Shown here piece by piece: positions 1 through 9,378 of a stretch of DNA of 64,000 bases. The notes beneath the pieces are model-generated. The model made no database searches, was not told the origin of the DNA, and saw only the letters and a list, made by a program, of their open reading frames with translations. Source of the stretch: Ignavibacteriota bacterium. GTDB taxonomy: Bacteria > Bacteroidota > Ignavibacteria > UBA10030. The stretch lies in contig OY969585.1 in assembly GCA_963701295.1 (NCBI GenBank), forward strand, positions 2,752,001 through 2,816,000, given 5' to 3'. The stretch's first letter is position 1. Each line of letters begins with the position of its first letter. The translations under genes and the position numbers were made by a program.

Positions 1-2710
1 TGGCAGCTTCCACATTATTAAACAACTGCGCTCGATTACTATGAAGAGAATCAAATGCACCTGCTTGAATAAGACCCTCAAGAGTTTTCTTATTCGCCAG
101 CCGCAAATCAACGCGCATACAGAAATCGAAGATATCCATGAATCGTCCCTTTTCAATTCGCGCTTTCACTATCTGCTCCACCGCACCGACACCTACATTT
201 TTGATTGCACTCAAACCGAATCGAATTCCTTTTGGTATAACAACAAAATTCACTCCGCTTTCGTTCACGTCAGGGGCAAGGACATCGATTCCGAGTTTGC
301 GACATTCATCGATGAGAACAACAATCTTGTCGGTGTTGTCCATTTCACTCGAAAGTGTTGCTGCCATATACTCTGCTGGATAATGTGCTTTGAGATATGC
401 GGTTTGATAAGCAAGCACCGAATACGCAACGCTGTGCGATTTGTTAAAACCATATGATGCAAACTTCTCGATCAAATCAAATATTTCGGCTGCGACTTTG
501 CGCTCAACATGTTTTTCGACAGCGCTTTCGACGAATTCTTTTTTCTGCTTTGCCATTAACTCTTTGTCTTTTTTTCCCATTGCTCGGCGGAGCAAATCAG
601 CTTGTGCAAGACTTAATCCCCCAATTTCGCTAGCGATCTTTATTACTTGTTCTTGATAAACGATGACGCCGTATGTTTCTTTCAGGATCGATTCAAGTTT
701 CGGATGCAAATAGGTAATCTTTTGCTTCCCGTTTTTTCGATCAATGAAATCAGGGATATTTTCCATTGGTCCCGGTCGATACAGTGCGTTCATTGCAACC
801 AGGTCATGAATCGAGGATGGTTTGAGCTTCCGTAAATAATCCTGCATTCCTGAACTTTCAAACTGAAACAATGCAACAGTTTGACCGCGTGAAAACATTT
901 CAAGTGTTTTTGTATCAGCTTCCGGAAGACGATCTAAATCAATCTTCACATTGTGCCCTTGCTCAATCATTTCCAAAGCATCATCGATTACTGTTAACGT
1001 TCTTAGTCCGAGAAAGTCCATCTTCAACAAACCGGCATCTTCAAGGTCTTTCATGTTGTATTGCGTCATTGAATCTGTTTGAGGAGTTTTATACATTGGG
1101 ACATATTCGGTTATGTCTCCCGGTGCGATAACAACGCCAGCCGCATGCGTTGAAACATTCCTATTCATCCCTTCGAGAACTTTCGCCGTATCGATGAGAA
1201 GTTTTATCTTCTCATCCGGACTCTCGTTGATCCATTTCAGGTCAGAAACTGATTTTAACGCTTCCTCAATGGGAGTTACTCTTCCCTGAAAAACTGGAAT
1301 TTTTTTTGTAATTGAATCAATGACAGAAAGTTGGATACCGAGAACGCGTCCGACATCTTTCAATGCGGCACGTGCAGACATTGTTCCAAACGTGACAATC
1401 TGCGCAACGGAATGCTCACCGTACTTCTTTTTAACATATTCAATCACTCGCTCGCGTTTATTATCAGCAAAATCAATGTCTATATCAGGCATAGAGATTC
1501 GATCGGGATTGAGGAATCGCTCAAAAAGCAAATCGTATTGTAATGGATCAACATTCGTTATCCCAAGTGCATACGATACAATACTTCCAGCAGCACTCCC
1601 TCTTCCCGGCCCTACACGCACTCCCATTTCGCGCGCAGCGTTGATAAAATCTTGAACTATGAGAAAATACCCTGAATATCCCATTTTCTGAATGACACCA
1701 ATCTCTTGGTTAACACGTTTTTCAATTTCTGGAGTGACATGAGAATATCGCTTTCTAATTCCCTCGTGCACCAACTTTTCGAAATATTTATTCGGATCGG
1801 CTATACCTGATTCTGCCGGGATGGGAAACGCAGGCATATGGTTCTTCTTTAATTCGATTTGAAGATTGCACTTGTCTGCAATTTCCAATGTTGATGCAAT
1901 TGCTTCCGGATAGTCTTTGAAGAGAGCGATCATTTCGCTGGAAGATTTGAAAAAAAGTTGATCAGTTTGATACCTCAACGTCAGATAGTCAGATGTATTG
2001 GTACTGCTTGCCTCAGGAATGTAGAGCATGATATTATGCGGAATGGCATGCTCTTGCTTGATGTAATGGCAGTCATTTGTCGCTACCAGCTTGATACCAA
2101 GCTCATGTGCAATCTTTGGAGCACCGGCAAGGATCGTTTCTTCGCTTTTCAACCCGTGATTTTGAATCTCAATGTAAAAATCCTCGCCGAAAATATCCCG
2201 ATAGATAGTTGCGAATTCCATAGCTTCCTGAAATTCACCATCCACAAGCTGTTTGCCGATGATACCTCCCGGGCATGCTGAAGTTGCGATTAGTCCTTCG
2301 CGATACTGTGAAAGGATTTCTACATCGATACGAGGTTTAAAGTAATAGCCCTCCGTATGTCCAAGTGTGCAGAGCTTCATAAGATTTTTGTAACCGATAG
2401 AATTCTTTGCAAGAAGAATGATATGATGATAAATTCCTCTGCCCTGCCCTTTGCTTAACCGATTCGCATCTACTGTTTTTTCAAATCGACTTCCTTTTGT
2501 TACAATGTATGCCTCACAGCCGATGATGGGTTTAATACCGGCTTTTATGGCACGTTTGTAGAATTCGATCGCTCCGAAGAGCACGCCATGATCGGTAATC
2601 GCAACTGCGGGCATATTATTCGCAACAGCAGCATTTACAAGACTTTGAACAGTTGCCGCACCATCAAGGAGGCTGTAGTGTGTATGATTATGGAGATGAA
2701 CAAACTGCAT
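1..2710 (-). CDS. dnaE: DNA polymerase III alpha subunit (3' end runs off the window)
   Basis: Manual translation from ATG at 2710 gives MQFVHLHNHTHYSLLDGAA (PHP domain), then GPGRGSAAGS, MPDIDIDF and YGFNKSH motifs. Absent from the ORF track because its stop lies outside the window. Confidence 0.97.
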   Translation of the reverse strand, partial: MQFVHLHNHTHYSLLDGAATVQSLVNAAVANNMPAVAITDHGVLFGAIEFYKRAIKAGIKPIIGCEAYIVTKGSRFEKTVDANRLSKGQGRGIYHHIILLAKNSIGYKNLMKLCTLGHTEGYYFKPRIDVEILSQYREGLIATSACPGGIIGKQLVDGEFQEAMEFATIYRDIFGEDFYIEIQNHGLKSEETILAGAPKIAHELGIKLVATNDCHYIKQEHAIPHNIMLYIPEASSTNTSDYLTLRYQTDQLFFKSSSEMIALFKDYPEAIASTLEIADKCNLQIELKKNHMPAFPIPAESGIADPNKYFEKLVHEGIRKRYSHVTPEIEKRVNQEIGVIQKMGYSGYFLIVQDFINAAREMGVRVGPGRGSAAGSIVSYALGITNVDPLQYDLLFERFLNPDRISMPDIDIDFADNKRERVIEYVKKKYGEHSVAQIVTFGTMSARAALKDVGRVLGIQLSVIDSITKKIPVFQGRVTPIEEALKSVSDLKWINESPDEKIKLLIDTAKVLEGMNRNVSTHAAGVVIAPGDITEYVPMYKTPQTDSMTQYNMKDLEDAGLLKMDFLGLRTLTVIDDALEMIEQGHNVKIDLDRLPEADTKTLEMFSRGQTVALFQFESSGMQDYLRKLKPSSIHDLVAMNALYRPGPMENIPDFIDRKNGKQKITYLHPKLESILKETYGVIVYQEQVIKIASEIGGLSLAQADLLRRAMGKKDKELMAKQKKEFVESAVEKHVERKVAAEIFDLIEKFASYGFNKSHSVAYSVLAYQTAYLKAHYPAEYMAATLSSEMDNTDKIVVLIDECRKLGIDVLAPDVNESGVNFVVIPKGIRFGLSAIKNVGVGAVEQIVKARIEKGRFMDIFDFCMRVDLRLANKKTLEGLIQAGAFDSLHSNRAQLFNNVEAA

Positions 2711-2830
2711 GGAATTCAATTTCAAATTACAAATAATATTCATATTCTAAAAACAAATCAGCTACTGAAAGTTCATAAGTGAAACTTGTTTGTAATTTGT
2801 TTTTATGAAGTTTGAGTTGTTCGTTATTAT

Positions 2831-4525
2831 CTATTCTGCTAAAAGTTTTTGCACTTCAGAAACTGCGTCAGGAAGTTTCACCATAATCCGCTCGCCGGTT
2901 CTTCGCCGCTTAATTTCGACCTGACCATTTTTTAAACCCTTGTCTCCAACAATCACATGAAACGGCATTCCGAGTAAATCTGCATCTTTAAATTTGAAGC
3001 CGGGTGACATATTTGTACGATCATCAAAAAGCACTTCAATTTGTGCATCAATCATACGATCATAAATCTGATTTGATGCAGCCTCAACATCTTTACTATT
3101 CATGTTCACAGCAATAAGATGGATTTCGTATGGTGCCAGCGATTTATTCCAGATGATACCATCCTTGTCATTATTCTGTTCAATATAACATGCAACTATG
3201 CGATCTATTCCAATTCCATAGCTTCCCATAATCACCGGTTTAGCCTGACCACCTTCATCAAGATAGGTGATATTGAGGGAATTTGAATATTTTGTTCCGA
3301 GCTTGAAGATATGGCCAAGTTCAATTGCATTTGATATTTTCAACGGAGCTGTGCATTGCGGGCAAGGCTCACCTGCTTCAATGGATCGCAAATCAAAATA
3401 AGCATCAATCTTTGTATCACGTGCCAGGTCTATGTTCGCAATGTGATAGTCATTCCGGTTGGCACCGCTGATAAGTCCGTTAGCACCTTCCAAACGATTA
3501 TCTGCAATAATACGAAATCCTTCCAGATTGACAGGACCGATTGAACCGCCATCTGCACCTGTGAGCGCCAAAAGATCATCTGCTCCCATTGGAGAAATAT
3601 CTCCGCCGCCTAATGCGACAGTCAGTTTAGATTCATTGAGTTGATCATTTCCCATCATCAAAATAAGTAATGGTTTGCCACTATGACGATATACGAGTGA
3701 CTTTGCAAGCCGAGAATGATCCACTTTTAAAAACTCAACAAGATCAGAGATTGTCTTGATATTAGGAGTGTGAATATCCTTAAGGAGTTCACTATTCTCA
3801 ATACGCCCTCCTTTTGGAACACTTGAAGTAGCTACTTCTAAGTTTGCTGCATATCCGCATGTTGGACACAAAGCGGTTGTATCTTCACCAAACTCGGATT
3901 CAATCATGAATTCTTGCGAACCCGTACCACCCATTGCACCGCTGGAAGCTCCGACAATGAAAAATTTGATGCCGCAACGTGCAAAGATTTTCTTATATGC
4001 CTCTGCCTGCAAATCATAACTCTTATCCAGATCTTCCCACGAACGATCCAGAGAATACGCGTCCTTCATTATAAACTGACGCCCACGAAGGACCCCTGAT
4101 CTAGGTCTTGGCTCATTCCGGAATTTCGTTTGAATCTGATACCAAATTTGAGGCAGGTCTTTATAAGATTGAATATGCATACTCGCAATGTAGCCGATGA
4201 CTTCCTCATGTGTTGGTGCTAGTACCAAATCCCGTTCTTTGATGCTCAAGATAAAGTTTGGTATGTTGCGTCTGCCCGATAGTACCCAGAGTGATTCCGG
4301 ATTTAAAGCAGGCAAGAGTAATTCCTGCCCGCCGAGGGCATTCATTTCTTCCCGGACGATGTTCATTGCTTTCATTATTACGCGATAACCAAGTGGTAAG
4401 TAGGAATAAACACCAGAAGTTAATTGGCGCATAAAACCTGCCCGAAGCATTAACTTGTGACTTGGTATAGTTGCATCTGCTGGAACTTCTTTAAGTGTGG
4501 GAATAAATGCTTTGCTCAGTCGCAT
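2831..4525 (-). CDS. proS: Proline--tRNA ligase (with editing insertion domain)
   Basis: 564 aa with LAPTHEE, FRNEPRPRSGVLRGRQFIMKDAYS, IELGHIFKLGTKYS and MGSYGIG motifs. Confidence 0.98.
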   Translation of the reverse strand: MRLSKAFIPTLKEVPADATIPSHKLMLRAGFMRQLTSGVYSYLPLGYRVIMKAMNIVREEMNALGGQELLLPALNPESLWVLSGRRNIPNFILSIKERDLVLAPTHEEVIGYIASMHIQSYKDLPQIWYQIQTKFRNEPRPRSGVLRGRQFIMKDAYSLDRSWEDLDKSYDLQAEAYKKIFARCGIKFFIVGASSGAMGGTGSQEFMIESEFGEDTTALCPTCGYAANLEVATSSVPKGGRIENSELLKDIHTPNIKTISDLVEFLKVDHSRLAKSLVYRHSGKPLLILMMGNDQLNESKLTVALGGGDISPMGADDLLALTGADGGSIGPVNLEGFRIIADNRLEGANGLISGANRNDYHIANIDLARDTKIDAYFDLRSIEAGEPCPQCTAPLKISNAIELGHIFKLGTKYSNSLNITYLDEGGQAKPVIMGSYGIGIDRIVACYIEQNNDKDGIIWNKSLAPYEIHLIAVNMNSKDVEAASNQIYDRMIDAQIEVLFDDRTNMSPGFKFKDADLLGMPFHVIVGDKGLKNGQVEIKRRRTGERIMVKLPDAVSEVQKLLAE

Positions 4526-4678
4526 AAAACTAATCTTCGTTTGTGAGACATTCGATTATTAGACTAAATACATAAAAGCCAATCCCGGTGCGCGTTGAAT
4601 ATCTGCTACTGGAAATTGGCAATAAAACATTCATCCGTCATAATTTTAGACGGGAGAAACCAACTCAAGGAACTTCAG

Positions 4679-4752
4679 TACCCCCGAGAGGATTCGAACC
4701 TCCGACAAACGGTTTAGGAAACCGCTGCTCTATCCATCTGAGCTACGGGGGC
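4679..4752 (-). tRNA. tRNA-Arg (anticodon CCT), CCA not encoded
   Basis: Reverse complement GCCCCCGTAGCTCAGATGGATAGAGCAGCGGTTTCCTAAACCGTTTGTCGGAGGTTCGAATCCTCTCGGGGGTA folds as a cloverleaf, with anticodon loop TT-CCT-AA and T-loop TTCGAAT. Confidence 0.97.
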
Positions 4753-4820
4753 GTTTATTTATTTTGATTTCTTTCTAAATTCGCTGATTATTTTTCAACT
4801 TGGATATATTCAATCACCAT

Positions 4821-4862
4821 TAGTACCAAGGTTGGCAAGTATAGTGCCAACTTTAGTGCCAA
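4821..4862. repeat. Three direct repeats TAGTRCCAA, candidate integrase arm-type binding sites
   Basis: TAGTACCAA 4821-4829, TAGTGCCAA 4842-4850 and 4854-4862, plus inverted TTGGCA 4832-4837. They lie between the tRNA and the integrase remnant. Confidence 0.6.
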
Positions 4863-4998
4863 GTGTAATTCTTCTCTTCACCTCAAATACAATAGCTCAT
4901 CAAGTCATCCTGGCATTCCGAAGCCCTGCAATTCAAGATGAACTATTTGTCTGAAATTTGTTTAAAGTATATGGAATTTTTGAATGATTTCATTGCTA

Positions 4999-5493
4999 TT
5001 AAAAAATACGAAACTTTACTCCCCTTTGCAAGCTAATCCAAGATACAATAGATTTGTCATTCAGTTTATCTCTTAAAAGGCTTTTAAAGAGATTTCTGAT
5101 ATCTTTCCTAAAAAAAATCTTCCCTGATAAAGCATTCATTTCTTTTCGGAGGTGCTGAGGCATTGGGTGTGCATAAATTTCTATCGTTTAACTCGAACTA
5201 TGGCCTAATAATTTTGAGACCGCATATAACCCTCTTATAAACCTGTCATTCAGACCTTTCGTTCTATTATATGTAATGATTTCTTCAAATTTATCAATAT
5301 CTGCAGGCGTGATTGGCCCCTGTGTAACATAGGGCTCAGAAAGAAGCTTATTGGTATTGAATCCAATAAGATAAAAGAAAATATTCCATTTACGCATGGG
5401 TCAGATCCTATTTCTTGAGAATGTGTTATTCAACGATATTCGAGTACTACATATTGACAATGCCTCATCGAAATACTGATAGATATTAATCAT
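4999..5493 (-). pseudogene. Tyrosine recombinase/phage-integrase remnant
   Basis: Reading through the TAA at 5188-5190 gives LYAVSKLLGHSSS*TIEIYAHPMPQHL, matching box II (LLGH...Y) with the catalytic Tyr. The upstream part is frameshifted and most of the catalytic domain is missing. An RBS precedes the ATG at 5493. Confidence 0.75.
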
Positions 5494-5698
5494 ATTTGCT
5501 CCTATGGTTTACACATCAAGGTTGTCGCTTCTATCTGCAGGGTAAGATGCATATTAGTCGATTGTTCCAAATACTCATCTTCTTCAACAGGACTTTTTAT
5601 CTCTACTGACTCAACTTCAAGTCCCTTTAGACCAAGCTCGCTCTTTAAAATCGGTGTAATAGTATTAGAAGTCTTTGAGAGAATGGTAACGAAGGCTG

Positions 5699-6069
5699 CT
5701 ATTCTGGATCAACCAGTGAAACAAATTGCACGGGATTTTCCTGGCGTTCTTTTCTTGTTGCAACCCTTCTCCGAATCGTTTCAATTGTCTCTCTCATCTC
5801 TTGAGCTCTGACAGGATTGGCTGAATGAATATCCATCTCTTCCGGCGGAATGAAATTACTAATATAGACCTGTTCCTCAATCCAATTCAACACCCTAAAC
5901 CCTTCATTGTTTGAATCATGATCAGCGAGATCGTTATCCAGAGTTAATTCCGTACTAGTCCGGTTTCAAGCAGTGTTACGACTTCTTTCACGCTCATGAC
6001 CCGGATCCAGCCATCATCAGCTGAATGTTCTGCATCAAGTGGTCTTGCATCATCCAAATAAACTTTCAT
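5699..6069 (-). pseudogene. Cyclic-phosphate-processing receiver (cREC)-domain protein, frameshifted
   Basis: MKVYLDDARP...GWIRVMSVKEVVTLLETGLV, then after restoring 1 nt near 5952, ELTLDNDL...EGFRVLNWIEEQV...IHSANPVRAQEM. The span is 371 nt (one short of a codon multiple) and an AAGGA RBS is present. Confidence 0.7.
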
Positions 6070-6108
6070 CGCATTATTCCTTTCATTTTAATATCGCCTA
6101 TGAAACAC

Positions 6109-6141
6109 AAAAGGCACTAGATGATAATCTTAGTGCCTTTT
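6109..6141. terminator. Inverted repeat, probable intrinsic terminator
   Basis: AAAAGGCACTA...TAGTGCCTTTT stem with A/T runs on both sides. Confidence 0.55.
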
Positions 6142-6361
6142 TATAGATTTTTAGAGTCACATCGTGCAATCACTTAAGAATTTACACGAATGTGAATATA
6201 TTTTATTTCGTTATTGAATGACTGTTATTAGATTAACAATCCTTTCTAAAAGTAAATTTCAATTATTCTTTTTATTTAATATACGAACGAATTTTTAGTT
6301 AGGCAAACAACTCTATTAAGAACAATAAATACGGGCATAAATTAAATTCTTTAATTATCGG

Positions 6362-6448
6362 TTTTAACAAACCGCACACGAACGAATCCTCCAGGCGAAC
6401 AGGCACATTCGGATTATTCGTTCCGTCGGCTTGAGCGCTTAGTTAGGT
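6362..6448 (-). mobile_element. Degenerate integron attC site downstream of the C45 gene
   Basis: Minus strand reads ACCTAAC (R'') TAAGCGCTCAAGCCGACGG (L'' with the extra C), then an internal GAACGAAT/ATTCGTTC stem, then GCGGTTT-GTTAAAAC. The L'/R' half is partly deleted. Confidence 0.7.
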
Positions 6449-6486
6449 GGCATGCGGCACAACATTTTTCATTTCTTTTAATCTAT

Positions 6487-8250
6487 TTATTTTATAATCT
6501 TTTCGAGCTTCTGAATTCTCTCATTCATGTAATCCGGTATCCAGTACCGTCTATGAATATCGAGTGCCTTTTTTGCAAACTCAGCAGCACGATCCATATT
6601 CCCGAGGGAATGATATATGAGTGCAAGATGTTCATCTGTCTCGACCTGATAATATTCGCATTGGATATTGCTTTCAAGAGCGCGCAAATATTCAACGACC
6701 GCCTCGTCATATTTCTTCTCAGCTTCGAGTGCACGACCTTTATTATAATGACCCGTTATAATATCCGGGTATTTTTCAATCAGCTTATCAACATAGACCA
6801 TTGACTCGGATGGAAGTTTATAGTAATCACGATACGTCCAGGCCAAAAAGTCCAGGCTAAAATAATTCTCAATCTTTGAGTTACCAATGGAAGTTACCAA
6901 AGATCGGACATCGGTACTGTCTCGCCAATCACACGCTTCGATTTTTTCATATAGTTCATTCAACTTAGAAATAAATGGATCATTCAATCTTGAATCGGCT
7001 TCTTTATAGATGCTCACTTCACCAGTAATGTAATTATACTTTAACCATCTATTCCATGCAGCAAAGTGAGCATAGCAGGTAAAGTAAATCGTGGAATCAG
7101 CTAGATCAAAGATTACGGATTGATCCGTCTCATAATTGTGAAGAGATTCAAGATATACAGGTATACTATCGGTATAATGATAAAAATCGGTATTACTCAG
7201 GATGCCAATCGCTTCATTAACCATATTCGTGTCCGTGGTATCGATCAATTCGGCGAATTTGATTTCTCTGCACACATCATGAAATTGACCGGAATAAATT
7301 GTTTCACTCTTTTTTCCCAAATCTTTCGAGACAGTTCTATTTGCAACAAATTGATAATCGTTGATGTGAGTTGTTGCTTTCGTGGGCCCAATAAAATCAC
7401 AAACGACAGCTTGTTGTTCCTTGCTGCTTGATATTGTATATATTAAGCCAATGGGAAATGAAATAGTATGAATGAGCGAATCAACTTCTTTGAGATTATG
7501 TGTTTCTGTAATTAATTTACTTTTCTCCGAATAAAGGCTACAATGAGTTTTATCGAATCCATATGGATTATTATTACCGTTCTCCGATAGCGATATTCCG
7601 GATTCATTGAATGCAGTTGTAATCATCAATACAGAAACAAACCCAACATCCGTGAACTTTTGCTTTCCTGTTATAGCATAATTTACAACGACTGGATATT
7701 TTGAAATCAAGTTCAAAGGCATCGGTTGGTCAAGATTGTGACAATGATATATGTGGCGACCTTTTTTAATCACGATCGCTTCACAACGGTTAGAATACAG
7801 ATCAGAGATGACTTGAATTTCCCGGAAGAAAGATTCCGGCATGCCGGAACCTTCCGCTGCGCCCCGTATTTGATCATTTATATCAGCAGGGAGCCGGTCC
7901 GCGTATGTATTGATCTTGTGTCTCCATACAATTCCGCCGAACAGATTGGCAAATATTTTTTGGTACCAAGGGAGGTAATGAATCTCGTTCTCCATCATGT
8001 GTTCTTTGAATTTCTCGAACTCCTTATGCATTGCTACGAGTTCGCTTTTTAAGAGCGTGCCGTATTGCAAACCTATTTCGTAATTAGTTCCTTGAAGATA
8101 GAGAAACGGAATTCCATAGTGAATCTCTTTGTAGCCGTGTCCAAGACGGATTGTTTTAGTGGAATCTTCTTGCGCCTTCCCATGATGAATGAATGTGAGA
8201 CTTATTAAGAATATGTATAGATAATACATACGATGCGTTGTTATAGTCAT
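6487..8250 (-). CDS. Secreted C45-family (Ntn-hydrolase) autoproteolytic acyltransferase/hydrolase with C-terminal TPR; cassette-borne
   Basis: GTNYEIGLQYG, candidate nucleophile Cys in RCEAIV followed by HCHNLD, AFNESGIS, and TPR-like helices at the C-terminus. The ORF-track GTG at 8307 overlaps the attC core, so ATG 8250 (or 8229) is preferred. Confidence 0.75.
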   Translation of the reverse strand: MTITTHRMYYLYIFLISLTFIHHGKAQEDSTKTIRLGHGYKEIHYGIPFLYLQGTNYEIGLQYGTLLKSELVAMHKEFEKFKEHMMENEIHYLPWYQKIFANLFGGIVWRHKINTYADRLPADINDQIRGAAEGSGMPESFFREIQVISDLYSNRCEAIVIKKGRHIYHCHNLDQPMPLNLISKYPVVVNYAITGKQKFTDVGFVSVLMITTAFNESGISLSENGNNNPYGFDKTHCSLYSEKSKLITETHNLKEVDSLIHTISFPIGLIYTISSSKEQQAVVCDFIGPTKATTHINDYQFVANRTVSKDLGKKSETIYSGQFHDVCREIKFAELIDTTDTNMVNEAIGILSNTDFYHYTDSIPVYLESLHNYETDQSVIFDLADSTIYFTCYAHFAAWNRWLKYNYITGEVSIYKEADSRLNDPFISKLNELYEKIEACDWRDSTDVRSLVTSIGNSKIENYFSLDFLAWTYRDYYKLPSESMVYVDKLIEKYPDIITGHYNKGRALEAEKKYDEAVVEYLRALESNIQCEYYQVETDEHLALIYHSLGNMDRAAEFAKKALDIHRRYWIPDYMNERIQKLEKIIK

Positions 8251-8305
8251 TGTTTTTAACTTACCGATGTTCAATAATTTACTGATTGTTATGCCGCATG
8301 ATGCC

Positions 8306-8332
8306 ACCTAACGGATTGGCGCTAAGCTGCAG
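8306..8332 (-). mobile_element. Right half (L'-R') of an attC site preceding the cassette
   Basis: Minus strand GCAGCTTAGCGC-CAATCC-GTTAGGT. GTTAGGT is the exact complement of the ACCTAAC at 6442-6448. Confidence 0.72.
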
Positions 8333-8375
8333 CGCTGCAAACTTTCAAAATGCACAAACGCCACGCCCTGTGTTT

Positions 8376-9149
8376 CTAAATGCCGAAGATTTTATAGGAG
8401 TAACCTACTGAAATTATCAGATTTCCTGTGTGACTCGTTCCATCTTGGGCATAGTTCTGCACGTTGGTTAATCCGTAGAGTCCGCGCACGTTCAACGAAA
8501 CACTTGCTCGGAGCGTGACAGGGAGAATGATGCCTGCGCCTCCCGTAATACCGGCATTCACTTTATGGATACTGCTTGTTACGTCGTTGCTCGCATCGAA
8601 GGATTCAGGCGGCACCTGAATATATCCGCCGTTTCCGTCGGGCATGACCAACGGAGTTCCATTCTTGTCGATATAAATTGAGCTGGTCCCACTCGTCTTC
8701 TCGGTTGCGCTCAGTAGGAACCCAACATACGGCCCGCCATTTATATCGAATGAGATATCACCAAGTCCGAAGGTGTACTTAGCCAGTACAGGTATCTCGA
8801 TGTAGTTGAGGATCGACATATTTTTGAAATTCGAGTAATAATAGCCACCGGAGGGTAAAGGCGGAAGATTAGTAGAAGTTATGGGTTGGATTCCATTTCT
8901 CTGTCCACCTTGTCCGTCGAAATTAATTTGCGGCTCTATAGAAAAATTGTCGGCCATTGCAAACTCGAAAGTTATTCCGAAGTTAGGCGCAAGTCGTGAC
9001 GTATAGCCCTGGCTGATTTCGTTGTTTCCTCCGCTGAGATCTGGAACACTTAAGCCGCTTTGAATGCCGATTTCCACTTGCGCAGGAGATGTTTGAAACA
9101 TTAAAATGTAAATTATTATGAACAGGATAAACGAGATCGATCTTTTCAT
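8376..9149 (-). CDS. Outer-membrane beta-barrel (porin-family / PorT-like) protein
   Basis: Signal peptide, LNYIEIPVLAKY and GGPYVGFLL motifs typical of OMP_b-brl_2-like proteins, and terminal amphipathic strand ISVGYSY. Confidence 0.8.
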   Translation of the reverse strand: MKRSISFILFIIIYILMFQTSPAQVEIGIQSGLSVPDLSGGNNEISQGYTSRLAPNFGITFEFAMADNFSIEPQINFDGQGGQRNGIQPITSTNLPPLPSGGYYYSNFKNMSILNYIEIPVLAKYTFGLGDISFDINGGPYVGFLLSATEKTSGTSSIYIDKNGTPLVMPDGNGGYIQVPPESFDASNDVTSSIHKVNAGITGGAGIILPVTLRASVSLNVRGLYGLTNVQNYAQDGTSHTGNLIISVGYSYKIFGI

Positions 9150-9226
9150 ATAGAAATCCCTTTATTTGTATCCCCAATTCATGCTTTGATTGATTCAATT
9201 TAGGCAACTGTGGTGTTATCCACAAT

Positions 9227-9262
9227 AAAAAAATAGACCCGACGCACTACATAACGTCGGGT
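9227..9262 (-). terminator. Intrinsic terminator 78 nt upstream of the beta-barrel gene start
   Basis: ACCCGACG-loop-CGTCGGGT followed by CTATTTTTTT on the minus strand. Confidence 0.75.
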
Positions 9263-9271
9263 AATGGGAAT

Positions 9272-9359
9272 GGGAGTAAACAATCACCGCGCGCCAACAC
9301 AGTGATGCTACTGAAAAATAGCCTTGATATCTTCGGGGGAGGGATATCAACTTACCCCC
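9272..9359 (-). ncRNA. Candidate structured RNA (four-way junction), possible riboswitch/attenuator
   Basis: P1 GGGGGUAAG/UUUACUCCC encloses three hairpins: UUGAUAUC/GAUAUCAA, GCUAUU/AGUAGC and AUCACUGUG/CGCGGUGAU. All non-Watson-Crick pairs are G-U on the minus strand. Confidence 0.5.
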
Positions 9360-9378
9360 TTTTCAATTCAATCAGGTA

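Noticed and set aside
400-480. Possible intein or split in dnaE
   Set aside because: The common insertion site reads continuously as ASYGFNKSH, and the spacing of motifs from the start is normal.
4999-5493. Integrase remnant as the integron integrase for the nearby cassette
   Set aside because: Box II context LYAVSKLLGH resembles phage/ICE integrases rather than IntI (IRTVQELLGH), and the region that would hold the IntI-specific insertion is deleted.
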